Shown here: positions 10,123 through 20,351 of the stretch, piece by piece
How the letters are laid out: each line of letters begins with the position of its first letter
How positions within the stretch are numbered: position 1 is the stretch's first letter
Assembly (NCBI GenBank): GCA_015233405.1
Contig: JADFXT010000010.1
Coordinates: 41,578-105,577, forward strand
Direction: 5' to 3'
Source: Candidatus Omnitrophota bacterium
GTDB lineage: Bacteria > Omnitrophota > Gorgyraeia > Zapsychrales > Zapsychraceae
DNA length: 64,000 bases
Made by a program: the position numbers and the translations under genes
The notes under the pieces: model-generated
The model's input: only the letters and a program-made list of their open reading frames with translations
Databases searched by the model: none
Told to the model about the DNA's origin: nothing

Positions 10123-10138
10123 AGGATTTTGATAAAAA

Positions 10139-11089
10139 ATGGACCCTGAACAAATCAAATACCATGCTGAAATTTTATCGAACCGCGTCAAGAAGCGTTA
10201 TGATCATCTTAAAAAACGATTCGCCCGGCAGAATATCGACTGCTTTCGCCTCTATGACTGGGACATTCCGGAGGTCCGTGCCGTCGTGGATTGGGTTGCC
10301 GGCCATATCGTCGTCGCAGAATATGTCCGCTGGCAGACCGGGCCGGATTGGCTTCCTCAAATGGCAGCAGCAGTTGCTCAAAGTTTGGGGGTTTCAAAAG
10401 ACCAGGTACACATTAAGCGGCGCCGCACGAATACCGACGAGGAACCGCGTTATAGCAAAATGGATTCTAAGAATCAGCGCATCAAGGTGCGCGAACGGAA
10501 TTTGCAGTTTTGGGTCAACCTCGATGATTTTCTCGATACAGGACTGTTTTCCGACCATCGGGAGACGCGTGTGATCGTTGGGAAATTAGCTCAGGGTAAG
10601 GATTTTCTAAATTTGTTTGCCTACACCGGGGCATTTACGTGTGCTGCGGCAGCTGGTTTGGCGAATTCTACTGTGACGGTAGACCGGTCTGAAACGTATA
10701 TCAACTGGGCGCGGGATAATATGAAATTAAACGGATTTGTCGGCCCAGAACACCAGATGGTCCAATCCGATGTTGCGCAATTTTTAGCCAAAGCAACCCG
10801 TGAAGGCCGCCGTTTTACATTGGCCTTTGTCGACCCGCCATCTTTCTTCCAGAACCAGGCGAAGTCTATATCTTTTGATGTCAATCAGGACCATCCGGAT
10901 CTGATTCGCGGCGTCCTTAAGGTCATGGTGTCTGGCTCTCCGGTATTTTTTTCAACCAACCATCAGCGTTTTGAACCCCACTTTGAAGGCCTTCCCGTCA
11001 AGGATTTAGTCGAGCTCACGCCGGCGACTATTCCGGAAGACTATCGTAACCGCTTGATCCATCGCTGTTGGAGGATGACAGCAGGATAA
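10139..11089 (+). CDS. Class I SAM-dependent 23S rRNA methyltransferase, RlmK (YcbY C-terminal half)-like
   Basis: Co-linear with my recollection of the E. coli RlmKL C-terminal domain: CFRLYDWDIPE, WVNLDDFLDTGLFSDHRETR, KDFLNLFAYTGAFT, FVDPPSF. Confidence 0.8.
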   Translation: MDPEQIKYHAEILSNRVKKRYDHLKKRFARQNIDCFRLYDWDIPEVRAVVDWVAGHIVVAEYVRWQTGPDWLPQMAAAVAQSLGVSKDQVHIKRRRTNTDEEPRYSKMDSKNQRIKVRERNLQFWVNLDDFLDTGLFSDHRETRVIVGKLAQGKDFLNLFAYTGAFTCAAAAGLANSTVTVDRSETYINWARDNMKLNGFVGPEHQMVQSDVAQFLAKATREGRRFTLAFVDPPSFFQNQAKSISFDVNQDHPDLIRGVLKVMVSGSPVFFSTNHQRFEPHFEGLPVKDLVELTPATIPEDYRNRLIHRCWRMTAG

Positions 11090-11188
11090 TCTCACCGTTT
11101 TTTTCAAAACCCCTAGGCTCTTTTTTTTGCTTTTTGGGAATTTATATTTTATACTTTCCCCGATTGAAGAAAAAGGAGGTATGACACT

Positions 11189-11293
11189 ATGGGACGTACA
11201 AAAGACGATTGGCGGGAAGATAAGCCGGTCGAGACTTCCAGTAAAGAGAGAGATGTTTTTACTTGGGATGAATCTTCGTCTGTTTATCTATAA
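11189..11293 (+). CDS. Possible 34-aa small protein (MGRTKDDWREDKPVETSSKERDVFTWDESSSVYL)
   Basis: ATG lies 8 nt after a strong AAAGGAGGT. Preferred over the 66-aa TTG-start track ORF in another frame. No homology recognised. Confidence 0.3.
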   Translation: MGRTKDDWREDKPVETSSKERDVFTWDESSSVYL

Positions 11294-11296
11294 AAA

Positions 11297-11370
11297 CAGA
11301 CTACGGACAATAGACCAGAGACTTTAGTGTGCATTTAGTCTCTAGTCTATTGTCGATAGTCTTCGGTCTG
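11297..11370. repeat. Heptad-periodic (nn[T/G]AGAC) palindromic element, intergenic copy; likely bidirectional terminator
   Basis: Left arm cagactacggacaatagaccagagact and right arm agtctctagtctattgtcgatagtcttcggtctg are near-complementary. The inner 18 bp has 1 mismatch. It sits between convergent genes. Confidence 0.7.
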
Positions 11371-11375
11371 CTTCT

Positions 11376-12809
11376 TTAATATTTTTTCAAATCCGCTTTT
11401 TCTGTAAGGGCTTCCGCAAATTTATTAAAAACTTCATTTTTCGCTGCAGCTAGAAGTTCTTGTTTGAATGTTTCTTTATTTTTCTCAAAGTCTTCCAATT
11501 TAATGGGCACAAAATTGTCCACATACAAAAGACAAGCCCCGCTTAAGGTTGTTAAGACGGAAGTTTGGGCTTTTGTATTTAGTGCGTAAAAATCATTTTC
11601 CGATGGCTTATCTATTTCGAGCGTTTCCGCAAGTTTGTTTTTGGCAAGCAAAGCGGATTGTTCGATCTTTAAGTTCAATGTTTTCTGAATAGTTTCTAAG
11701 GCTTTACCGTCTTTATTATTGTCCAAAAGTTGTTTTACTTTCTCGACGTATTGACTGGCTTGGGCTTTCGCTGCTTCGCTGGCTTTTTGAACAGTCAATT
11801 TATCCTTAATGATCTGTTGGGCTTCAGGCAATGTTGCCATATGCGCGGGCAAGGTGTCTTTGATCTTAAATACTAAATAACCCTCTTTAAGTTCGACCGG
11901 ATCATGGATCTGTCCTTTGTTCATCTTAAAAGCATCCATCATCATTTCCAAAGTCCATCCTAACTCGAGATTGGGCTGCTGTTTATTGAAGAACCCGGTT
12001 TCTTTATAGGGAAAGCCGATTTTTTCTGCCGCGCTTTTTAAATCTTTTGTCAATTTATACTGGTCGACGATCGCGATGGCTTTGTATTTAGTTTCCACCT
12101 CTTTCTGGACGCCGCCGTCTTTGGGGAAAGGCAGTAAGACATATTCGACACTGATCGAAGGAGGCAGACGCAAGGTTGCGCTATTTTTTACATAATAATC
12201 TTTTATTTCTTGGTCTGTGACGGAGCTTTCCTTTTTATTGTCCGCGGTAAAAGGAATAAAACTTACCTGAAGCTGTTCGGTCGTTTTCTTATATTCACTC
12301 AGAAGTTGTGTGTCGGAGATGGAAACATCTTTAGTTACATCTTTAAACAGTTTCGTCATCATGAGGGATTCGCGCACGGTTTCTTCAAAATCCTGCGGTT
12401 GGCATTCAAAGGAAGATTTGATAATCCCTTGATAGAGCGCAGGGTCAAACCGGTTGTTACGGTAAAAAATATCGTTCTTGGCGATTTCATCGATGACTTC
12501 TTTATTGGAAACTTTAATGTGGCGTTTTTTGGCTTCCTGAAGAAGGGTAAGCTGCTGCCAGGCTTCTTGCTCGAGGTCGAATAATTTCTCCAGCTGCTTA
12601 AACATTTTGCCATACCGCAAAAGCGCCTGGATCTTGGCATGCGTGACGGCCGCCTGGAGTTGGCTGGTCGAGATTTTCTCACCGGAAATTTCTCCGACAT
12701 AAGTCGCCGGCTTTATGCTGCCGGCAAAAAGTCCAGCAATCAAAATGCTTACGGCAATCGCGATGCCGATAATAATGATCAATTTTTTTGCTTTAAATAC
12801 CTCGGACAT
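11376..12809 (-). CDS. Periplasmic chaperone / parvulin-type peptidyl-prolyl isomerase (PpiD/SurA-like)
   Basis: N-terminal membrane anchor IIIIGIAIAVSILIAGLF. SurA-N-like helical region and a parvulin-like segment (...GQIHDPVELKEGYLVFKIKD). Confidence 0.6.
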   Translation of the reverse strand: MSEVFKAKKLIIIIGIAIAVSILIAGLFAGSIKPATYVGEISGEKISTSQLQAAVTHAKIQALLRYGKMFKQLEKLFDLEQEAWQQLTLLQEAKKRHIKVSNKEVIDEIAKNDIFYRNNRFDPALYQGIIKSSFECQPQDFEETVRESLMMTKLFKDVTKDVSISDTQLLSEYKKTTEQLQVSFIPFTADNKKESSVTDQEIKDYYVKNSATLRLPPSISVEYVLLPFPKDGGVQKEVETKYKAIAIVDQYKLTKDLKSAAEKIGFPYKETGFFNKQQPNLELGWTLEMMMDAFKMNKGQIHDPVELKEGYLVFKIKDTLPAHMATLPEAQQIIKDKLTVQKASEAAKAQASQYVEKVKQLLDNNKDGKALETIQKTLNLKIEQSALLAKNKLAETLEIDKPSENDFYALNTKAQTSVLTTLSGACLLYVDNFVPIKLEDFEKNKETFKQELLAAAKNEVFNKFAEALTEKADLKKY

Positions 12810-12984
12810 AGAAAACTCCTTTTCTTCTCAAATAGGATTATAAAATTTTTTTTATTATATATCGCTTAAGTTTTAGAGACAAGTCCATTTAGGAATCATT
12901 TGTTTTTTTATAAGAATCGTTTATAATCAATAAATCTTTAACCGCAGAAAGCTGTTCGTCAATATTAATTTATAGGAGGGATCA

Positions 12985-14049
12985 ATGAGCATATTATTTC
13001 TTATCCAAAAAATTTTAGAATTGTCTTTTTTAGGCAATCATGTGAAAGATTATCTGGATTTTTTGTTGTTTATTCTCATCGGGATCATTATTCTGCGCAT
13101 TTTTGAGCGAGACCTGCTTAAACGTCTTAAGAAATGGGCGGAGACAACAGAGACAACCATTGATGATTTTCTCGTCGATGTTTTTAAGCGGGTTCTTGTC
13201 CCCTTGGGATATGTCGGTGTTATTTATTTTAGCTTTCACACATTAAAGCTTCCGGCCTTCGTCAATAAATCTTTGAGTGTGCTGGCGGTCGCCATTCTCG
13301 TTTTCTTCGGGGCAAAACTGGCCACAACCTTCTTTGCGTATGCCTTTAAAATGTATTGGCAGAAACGCGGCAAGGACATCAAGACGGAAAAAAGTTTGGT
13401 GGGATTGCTCAGGACGATTGACATTTTGGTCTGGGGTTTGGCGGTGATGTTGTTTTTAGATAACATCGGCGTTAAAATTTCCGCGATTGTCGCTGGTTTA
13501 GGCATCGGCGGTGTGGCGGTGGCTTTGGCCGCCCAGAAAATTTTGGGCGATTTGTTCAGCTATTTTTCGATTCTTTTCGACCATACATTCGAGATCGGGG
13601 ATTTTATTACCGTGGACGACTATCAGGGAACCGTCGAACATATTGGGATTAAGACGACGAGGCTTATATCCACGAGCGGCGAACAATTGATCTTTTCCAA
13701 TAGCGATCTGACCAGCGCGAGGGTGAGGAATTTTAAAAAAATGGAAAAGCGCCGGGTGGCTTTTGAGCTTAAGGTTCCGCATCAAACGCCTTTGGAAAAA
13801 TTAAAAGAAATTCCTTCTTTGCTGGAGGGGATCATCAAAAGCGCCGACAATGGCGTGATTTTCGACCATGCGCATCTGATGTCTTATGGAGATTTTGGTT
13901 TGATTTATGAGGTTGTTTATTATATTGAGGGCAGCGACAAAAAGAAATATTTTGATGTTCATCAAAAGGTCAATTTTGCGATCAAAGAAGCTTTTGAAAA
14001 ACGGCAGATCGAGTTTGCGACTCCGCCGCTGTTTCAGTTTAGAAAATAA
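12985..14049 (+). CDS. Small-conductance mechanosensitive channel (MscS family)
   Basis: Multiple N-terminal TM helices. Conserved MscS core AQKILGDLFSYFSILFDHTFEIGDFITVDDYQGTVEHIGIKTTRL. Confidence 0.9.
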   Translation: MSILFLIQKILELSFLGNHVKDYLDFLLFILIGIIILRIFERDLLKRLKKWAETTETTIDDFLVDVFKRVLVPLGYVGVIYFSFHTLKLPAFVNKSLSVLAVAILVFFGAKLATTFFAYAFKMYWQKRGKDIKTEKSLVGLLRTIDILVWGLAVMLFLDNIGVKISAIVAGLGIGGVAVALAAQKILGDLFSYFSILFDHTFEIGDFITVDDYQGTVEHIGIKTTRLISTSGEQLIFSNSDLTSARVRNFKKMEKRRVAFELKVPHQTPLEKLKEIPSLLEGIIKSADNGVIFDHAHLMSYGDFGLIYEVVYYIEGSDKKKYFDVHQKVNFAIKEAFEKRQIEFATPPLFQFRK

Positions 14050-14139
14050 AATACAAGCTATGCCACCTCCTGGCGGAGACCGGGTAGCTGTCATTGACCG
14101 TTAAGCCATTAATTTTCTTCCCATTTTGTAAATACGCTC

Positions 14140-17100
14140 ATGGCATCCAAGACGAACAATTTTCATTTTCCCGAGGTCCGCGTGGTGGAAGCTTCCGCCG
14201 GGTCGGGGAAAACCTACGCGCTTGCCAAACGTTATATTCAACTGCTGCTCAATCCTTCCTTAAAGCTTGAACAGATCCCCTTAAGAAACATCCTGGCGAT
14301 TACGTTCACGAACAAAGCCGCTTTTGAAATGAAGGCGCGCATTCTGGAATTCTTAAAAAAGATCGCGCTTGGAAAGCTCTCCGACGCCCAGCAAAAAGAT
14401 ATTTTAGCTCCGCTAGGCATTGACAGCGACCAGGCGAAGGAAAAAGCGTTTCGGATCATGGAAGACCTCATTCGCCATTACAATTTTTTCCAGGTCCAGA
14501 CCATCGACGAGTTTATTAACGCGCTTTTATCCGGCTGCGCTTTTAAGATCGGGTTAACCGCGAATTTTAAGATCAAGACCAATGCGTTTGACTATCTTCA
14601 GTTTAGCCTCGACGAGCTTATTGATAAAACGGCTAAGGACAAAAACGTCGCCGTCATTTTCGAATATTTTCTCCATAATTACCTGTATCTTGAGAATCGG
14701 TCGGGCTGGTTTCCCAAAGAGGATATTTTAAATATCGTTTTTGCCCTTTTTAGGGAATATAACGCCTACGGGCTTGAATTTCAGACAGGGGCGTTTGCGC
14801 CGCAGGATTTGATGAAAAAAAAGGCGCTCATCCTTAAAGAAATCCAGCTTTTGTACCAAAACCTTCCGCCGGGGACTCATAGCGCTTTTGTTAAGAACCT
14901 AGACAAGTTTTTGTCCAAGTACACCAAAGGATTTGATATCGACAATATTTCGGATTATTTTGCCCGCGAGGAATTTCCTTTAAAGAAAGGCAGCGAACTT
15001 CCCCCCGACGTCGAACAGATGTGGCAGTTGATTCGTCTTAACTTAAAAGAGTTCTGCCTGGAAGAATCCCACAGCCTTTTTAATCCGTATATTCAGATTT
15101 TTAATGAGGTCAAAGGGATTTTTCAGTCCGTATCATCCCGGGAAGACGTCTTATTTCTCGAGGAGCTTAATAAAAAAGGCGAATTTCTTTTTGATGAAGG
15201 GCATATTACGGTCCAGGAATTATATTATCGGCTGGCCACGCGGTTTCGCCACTATTTGATCGACGAGTTTCAAGACACCAGCCGCCTGCAGTGGAATAAT
15301 CTCGAGCAGATGATCGAGGAGGCCTTGTCGACGGGGGGGTCATTATTTTATGTCGGCGACCAGAAACAGGCCATCTATCAATTTCGCGGCGGGGATGTGG
15401 ACTTGTTCGATGATGTCAAGAAACGGTTTAGCGCGTTCTCAGTCCAGACGGAGGCTTTGACGAAAAATTGGCGAAGCCAGAAAGTGATCGTGGAGTTTAA
15501 CAACACAATATTTTCGCCGGATAATTTGAAGGCTTTTATCTTAAAGAAGCAAGAATATGAGGAGGAAAAAGGCGGGACGGGTATTTTGAGCGACCAGGAA
15601 CTCAAGGAAATTGAAAACATCTTCCGGTTTTCCCAGCAAACACATGACACACGATATGAAAAAGGTTATGTGTATGTCGAGCATATCGATATTGACAGGA
15701 AAGAAGAGCGGCATGCCTGTATCCGGCAGAAAACTTTAGACCTGATCCGGGATTTGAAAACCAGGCTTGCTTATCGGGACATGGCCGTCTTGACCCGGCA
15801 CAATACGGAAGTCGAAGAGGTCACGAACTGGCTCTTAGAGGAAGGAATTAACGTCGAGTCTGAACGGACGAGCGATGTCCGTGAAAATGTTTTGGTGCAG
15901 GAATTGATCGCGTTCTTGAAATTCCTGAATTCTCCCATCGACAATCTTTCTTTTGTTCAGTTTATTACGGGCGAGATTTTTCTTAAGAAAACAGGCTTAA
16001 GTCCCGACGAGATACAAGGATTTGTCTTTGGCCTTCGTCAAAGGATTGAGGCAGAAAAGAATTTTTATGTTTATACGGAATTCCGGAAAGTTTATCCGAA
16101 GCTTTGGGAAGAAGTTATCGAGGAGTTTTTTAAGAACGTCGGGCTTTTTCCTTTGTATGAGCTCGTTGTCAGTATTTACGGCCGGTTGGAATGTCTGGCG
16201 AACTTTCCTTCTCATCAGGGATTTCTTATGCATTTTCTGGAGCTGATCAAGCGAAAGGAAAATGAGTTTTCGGACATCGCGGGGTTTCTTAATTATTTCG
16301 AGAACATGAAAGGCGACGAGCCGTATGTCCATATTACGGACAGCAACGCCGTGAAGGTTTTGACCATTCACAAAGCCAAGGGGCTGGAATTTCCGGTTGT
16401 TCTTCTGCCGTTTTTGGCGATGGATGTTCAGGTCGGGTCGAGGACCGCGGATAACAAACAATCGTATGTCACTCGAAAGCAGGATGAGACGGTGACATTG
16501 CTTAAGCTTAAGGAAAAATATTATAAGTTTTCCGACGAGCTTTTTGATCTTTATCGCCAGGAATATCTAGAGACCTTTATTTCAGAACTCAACAGCGTCT
16601 ATGTGGCGCTCACCCGCGCCAAGGAAGAGCTTTACTGCTTTATCCCTAAGAAAATTGCCAATCGGGTCAATGACGTGAGGTTTCTCTTACCTTCGGGCGT
16701 GACCACTCTGGGCGAAAAAAATGCGTTTCTGGAAACGAAAACAAAAGATGCCCATCTTTTTCCTGTAAAGGCTTCATGCTATCGGGATTGGATCTATTTT
16801 TTGAAAGAGGAATTTGTTTCCCTGGAAGAGATCGCCCACAGGGATTTAAGGCGTCAAGGCCAGTATGTTCATGCGGTTTTAGCGGCGATCGAAAATGTTT
16901 ATCAGAAGGACCTTGGTGATATTGTAGACCAGGCGATCTTAAAAGCAGGGCAGCAGTTTTCTTGTCCCTCGTCCGATATAAAGGAGGGAATAGTAAAATT
17001 GCTAAAGGATAAGAATATCCGGCCATTTTTTGAGATTGCTACAGGAGAGGTCTTTGTCGAGAAGGAAATCGTGGATTCTTTTGGCGCAACGCACCGCTTG

Positions 17101-17286
17101 GACAGGATGATCGTTAAGAATGATGAAGTTGTCATTGTCGATTTTAAAAGCTCAGAGCCCGTCGATAAAAAGCCGTATCAGGATCAGCTGGCGGTCTATT
17201 TAAAGCTGGTCCGTCAGATGTATCCGAACAAAACGGTAAAAGGATATTTGGTTTATATGGACTCTTTGGGTGTGGAGGAAGTTTAG
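14140..17286 (+). CDS. UvrD/PcrA-type helicase with C-terminal PD-(D/E)xK nuclease (AddA-like)
   Basis: Walker A EASAGSGKTYAL. Helicase motifs HYLIDEFQDTS and VGDQKQAIYQFRGG. VYVALTRAKEEL. C-terminal nuclease motif VIVDFKS. Confidence 0.85.
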   Translation: MASKTNNFHFPEVRVVEASAGSGKTYALAKRYIQLLLNPSLKLEQIPLRNILAITFTNKAAFEMKARILEFLKKIALGKLSDAQQKDILAPLGIDSDQAKEKAFRIMEDLIRHYNFFQVQTIDEFINALLSGCAFKIGLTANFKIKTNAFDYLQFSLDELIDKTAKDKNVAVIFEYFLHNYLYLENRSGWFPKEDILNIVFALFREYNAYGLEFQTGAFAPQDLMKKKALILKEIQLLYQNLPPGTHSAFVKNLDKFLSKYTKGFDIDNISDYFAREEFPLKKGSELPPDVEQMWQLIRLNLKEFCLEESHSLFNPYIQIFNEVKGIFQSVSSREDVLFLEELNKKGEFLFDEGHITVQELYYRLATRFRHYLIDEFQDTSRLQWNNLEQMIEEALSTGGSLFYVGDQKQAIYQFRGGDVDLFDDVKKRFSAFSVQTEALTKNWRSQKVIVEFNNTIFSPDNLKAFILKKQEYEEEKGGTGILSDQELKEIENIFRFSQQTHDTRYEKGYVYVEHIDIDRKEERHACIRQKTLDLIRDLKTRLAYRDMAVLTRHNTEVEEVTNWLLEEGINVESERTSDVRENVLVQELIAFLKFLNSPIDNLSFVQFITGEIFLKKTGLSPDEIQGFVFGLRQRIEAEKNFYVYTEFRKVYPKLWEEVIEEFFKNVGLFPLYELVVSIYGRLECLANFPSHQGFLMHFLELIKRKENEFSDIAGFLNYFENMKGDEPYVHITDSNAVKVLTIHKAKGLEFPVVLLPFLAMDVQVGSRTADNKQSYVTRKQDETVTLLKLKEKYYKFSDELFDLYRQEYLETFISELNSVYVALTRAKEELYCFIPKKIANRVNDVRFLLPSGVTTLGEKNAFLETKTKDAHLFPVKASCYRDWIYFLKEEFVSLEEIAHRDLRRQGQYVHAVLAAIENVYQKDLGDIVDQAILKAGQQFSCPSSDIKEGIVKLLKDKNIRPFFEIATGEVFVEKEIVDSFGATHRLDRMIVKNDEVVIVDFKSSEPVDKKPYQDQLAVYLKLVRQMYPNKTVKGYLVYMDSLGVEEV

Positions 17287-17313
17287 AAGTGGCCATCCCT
17301 CGTTTTTTTTGTT

Positions 17314-17390
17314 GTCATCCCCGCGAAGGCGGGGATCCAGGGTCCGCTGGTTCTGTGCAATTCTGGATTCCCGCTTGCGCGGGAATGACA
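17314..17390. repeat. Double-hairpin palindromic element, copy A (GTCATCCCCGC..GCGGGGATCCAG ... CTGGATTCCCGC..GCGGGAATGACA)
   Basis: Two perfect GC-rich hairpins. It lies between the addA-like and addB-like genes. A spurious track ORF (17200-17391, MSFPRKRESR...) is its translation. Confidence 0.85.
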
Positions 17391-17445
17391 AATAAATAAG
17401 GGGAGAATAATAGAGAAATAATGGAAATAGTAATGAGGAAACTAA

Positions 17446-20244
17446 ATGAGTGAAATTTTAACCTATAATTTTTGTGAAGATTATCTTAAGAAACTCGTCG
17501 ATTATATCGAGAAAAACTATGTCCGGAAAGATAAGGACTTAAGCCGTCTGGCCATTTGTTTCGGCGGCAGACGCCCGCAACTTTTTTTAAAGCAGAAGCT
17601 GGCGAAGAAGTTAAAGGCCGGGTTTTATCCGCCGAAATTTTTTGCTATCGATGAGCTGATTACGTATATCAATGAAAAAAGCCAATCTTGCTTGCCCATC
17701 AATGATTTAAACAGCTGTTATCTGATCTATACCTTAGCCAAAAACATTGCGCCGCAGATCTTAGAGAAGCGCCAGAGTTTTGAAAAATTTCTCCCCTGGG
17801 CGCGGGAGATTTTAGATTTTATCGACCAGCTCGATTTGGAAAATATCGACGACAAGCGGCTGCTCAATATCAAGGCTAACGCGGAAATCGGATATGATGT
17901 GCCAGAGGATATTAACCGGCTTTTAAAACACATCCTTGTTTTAAGGCATAAATATCATGCAAAATTAGACGAGCTTAACCTGACATCCCGCGGGCTTCAA
18001 TATTGGAAGGCTTCTCAAGATATCGACAAGATCTCGTTTGAGGAATTTGACCAGATCTTATTTTGTAATTTCTTTTATTTCCACCGCACCGAAGAGCTGG
18101 TCGTCAAGAATCTGTATAACCGTCAGAAGGCGACGCTCATTTTTCAGGGCGATGAGCGCAAGTGGTCTGTCTTAAAGCGCATCGCAAAGAATTTTGATTG
18201 TAAGCTTAACGAGGCGGACGAACCGCCAGATCCGCAGTTTAACCTCAAGCTTTACAGCGGTTTTGATACACATTCTCAGGTGGGCGTTGTCCGGGAGATC
18301 CTCAAAGAAATCAAGAACCCGGATAAAACCATCATTGTCCTTCCCAACGCTGATTCCTTGGTCCCGCTTTTAACGGAAATCTCGACGGTGACTGAAGATT
18401 TTAATGTGTCCTTAGGTTATCCTGTTGGGCGAAGCAGTCTCTACAGTTTGTGTGAGTTGATCTTTCAGGCTCAGTTCTCACGGAAACAAAATCGTTATTA
18501 CACTCGGGATTATTTAAAAGCGCTTGGCCATCCGTTTGTCAAGAATTTGAAGTTGGCCCCTGAGACTTCTGTCACCCGGATTTTAGTCCATAAGCTCGAG
18601 GAGATCTTAACCGGCAAGGAAGAGACGGACATTTCCGGCAGTTCGTTCATTGACCTTAAGAACATTGAAGAGCTTGATGCCCTTTACTCGGAAGCCCAGG
18701 AAATGATTGAGCGCTTAGGAGTGAAGCTGACGAAAGAAAAAATCAAAGAGGTTTTAAAGACTCTTCATGAAATTGTTTTTAAAAGTTGGGAGCCGGTAGA
18801 AAACTTTCTTTCTTTTTCGAAGGCGTTAAAGGGCTTTCTGGATGTGCTGGTCAAGAATAGTTTTATTTCTGCGTATCCTTTAAACATCAATATCGTCGAG
18901 AAATTCTACGCTATCGCAGATGATCTGGCCGAGGTTTCTTTTAAAGACGAGCCGTTGTCTTCGCATGAACTATTTAAGATCTTTAGCGATAAAATCGCGC
19001 GCGAGATGATTTCTTTTCACGGTTCTCCTTTAAAAGGGCTGCAAGTTTTAGGGCTTTTTGAAACGCGGTCCTTAAATTTTGAGAACGTTATTATCCTCGA
19101 CGTCAATGAATCGTCCTTGCCGAGCCTGGCGGTCCATGAGCCGCTCATCCCGAGAGAAATTATGATTAGCTTAGGATTAGACCGGCTTGAGCTCGACGAA
19201 GAAATCCAGCGCTATCAGTTCATGCGGCTTATTTCTTCCGCCCAAAACGTCCATTTGATCTATCAGCAAAGCAAAGACAAAGAACGAAGCCGGTTTATCG
19301 AGGAGCTTATTTGGAAGCAGGAAAAAGATGCTAAGACGCTTAATGTTCTTCAGGCGCCTAAGGCCAGCTTTGAGGTTGCGGTTAGTTCGAAGAAAAAGAC
19401 AGTGCCTAAGACTCCTGCGATAATTTCTTTTTTGAAAAATCGGACCTATTCTGCGTCGAGCGTTAACATGTATCTTAAAAATCCAATGGAGTTTTATTAC
19501 AGTTATGTCTTAGGGCTTAAGGAGCAAGATGATCTTTTGGACGAACCGGAAGCCCGGCATATCGGCACCTTTGTCCACGAGTTGTTAGAAGATGCTTTTA
19601 AACCTTTTTTGGGGAAGGTGGTCAAGATCGACGACGCTTTCCGTAAAAGATTCTTTAAAAAGTTTGAGGAGCGGTTTGAGGCGACATTGAGCCGTAGCAT
19701 GAAATCCGACGCTTTCTTGCTTAAGTCGGTCATGATCGAGAGGTTGACGAGGCTTCTGGACTATGAAGAGGAAAATCTCGACCGGCAAGGGGCCCAGATC
19801 CTTTATCTGGAAAACGCCTTTGAGAATGTCATCAGCCTTCCGTCGGGGAATTTCAAATTTAAGTATATTGTCGACCGTATCGACCAATTAGCCGACGGCA
19901 GCATTCTTTTATTGGATTATAAAACCGGTAGTGCAGACCAAGTCCCGAGAGCAATTACTCAGATTTCGTCCATGGAATTATCGCGTAAGACGATCTATCA
20001 ACAGGTCAAATCTTTTCAGATCCCGCTCTATTTTTATTATATGACCCAGCAGTTTCCAGGAAGAGTTGTCAACGCCGGGCTGTACAGTTTAAGGGCCCTG
20101 GATATTCAAAAGCTCATTACGGATAAGATGAACTATGATTATCCGACGATCAATCAGGCGTTCTTGCGGGCGCTTGATTTTGTCATGAAGGAAATCCTCG
20201 ACCCTGACGTTCCTTTTATCGAGGACAAGCTGGATGTTTGGTAG
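17446..20244 (+). CDS. PD-(D/E)xK nuclease family protein (AddB-like partner of the upstream helicase)
   Basis: Size, position directly after the AddA-like gene, and a C-terminal nuclease motif (ILLLDYKTGSA). No intact Walker A seen. Confidence 0.7.
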   Translation: MSEILTYNFCEDYLKKLVDYIEKNYVRKDKDLSRLAICFGGRRPQLFLKQKLAKKLKAGFYPPKFFAIDELITYINEKSQSCLPINDLNSCYLIYTLAKNIAPQILEKRQSFEKFLPWAREILDFIDQLDLENIDDKRLLNIKANAEIGYDVPEDINRLLKHILVLRHKYHAKLDELNLTSRGLQYWKASQDIDKISFEEFDQILFCNFFYFHRTEELVVKNLYNRQKATLIFQGDERKWSVLKRIAKNFDCKLNEADEPPDPQFNLKLYSGFDTHSQVGVVREILKEIKNPDKTIIVLPNADSLVPLLTEISTVTEDFNVSLGYPVGRSSLYSLCELIFQAQFSRKQNRYYTRDYLKALGHPFVKNLKLAPETSVTRILVHKLEEILTGKEETDISGSSFIDLKNIEELDALYSEAQEMIERLGVKLTKEKIKEVLKTLHEIVFKSWEPVENFLSFSKALKGFLDVLVKNSFISAYPLNINIVEKFYAIADDLAEVSFKDEPLSSHELFKIFSDKIAREMISFHGSPLKGLQVLGLFETRSLNFENVIILDVNESSLPSLAVHEPLIPREIMISLGLDRLELDEEIQRYQFMRLISSAQNVHLIYQQSKDKERSRFIEELIWKQEKDAKTLNVLQAPKASFEVAVSSKKKTVPKTPAIISFLKNRTYSASSVNMYLKNPMEFYYSYVLGLKEQDDLLDEPEARHIGTFVHELLEDAFKPFLGKVVKIDDAFRKRFFKKFEERFEATLSRSMKSDAFLLKSVMIERLTRLLDYEEENLDRQGAQILYLENAFENVISLPSGNFKFKYIVDRIDQLADGSILLLDYKTGSADQVPRAITQISSMELSRKTIYQQVKSFQIPLYFYYMTQQFPGRVVNAGLYSLRALDIQKLITDKMNYDYPTINQAFLRALDFVMKEILDPDVPFIEDKLDVW

Positions 20245-20351
20245 CCGTTTAAGTCTTAGAAAACAATTGACGCGGTCCTATGCTCTGTATTAATCTAATC
20301 TTCCTTTAATTAACGTCGCATGATTTTAACTAGCCAAAAAGGACTCTAAAG

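Noticed and set aside
11127-11327. 66-aa track ORF with a TTG start.
   Set aside because: It has no RBS at the TTG, and the internal ATG directly abuts the SD sequence. The alternative 34-aa frame (11189-11293) has proper SD spacing. Even that one is kept only at low confidence.
17200-17391. Track ORF (minus strand, 63 aa, MSFPRKRESRIAQNQRTLDPRLRGDD...).
   Set aside because: It is the translation of double-hairpin repeat copy A plus the antisense of the addA-like 3' end. It has no RBS, and the peptide type recurs wherever the repeat occurs.
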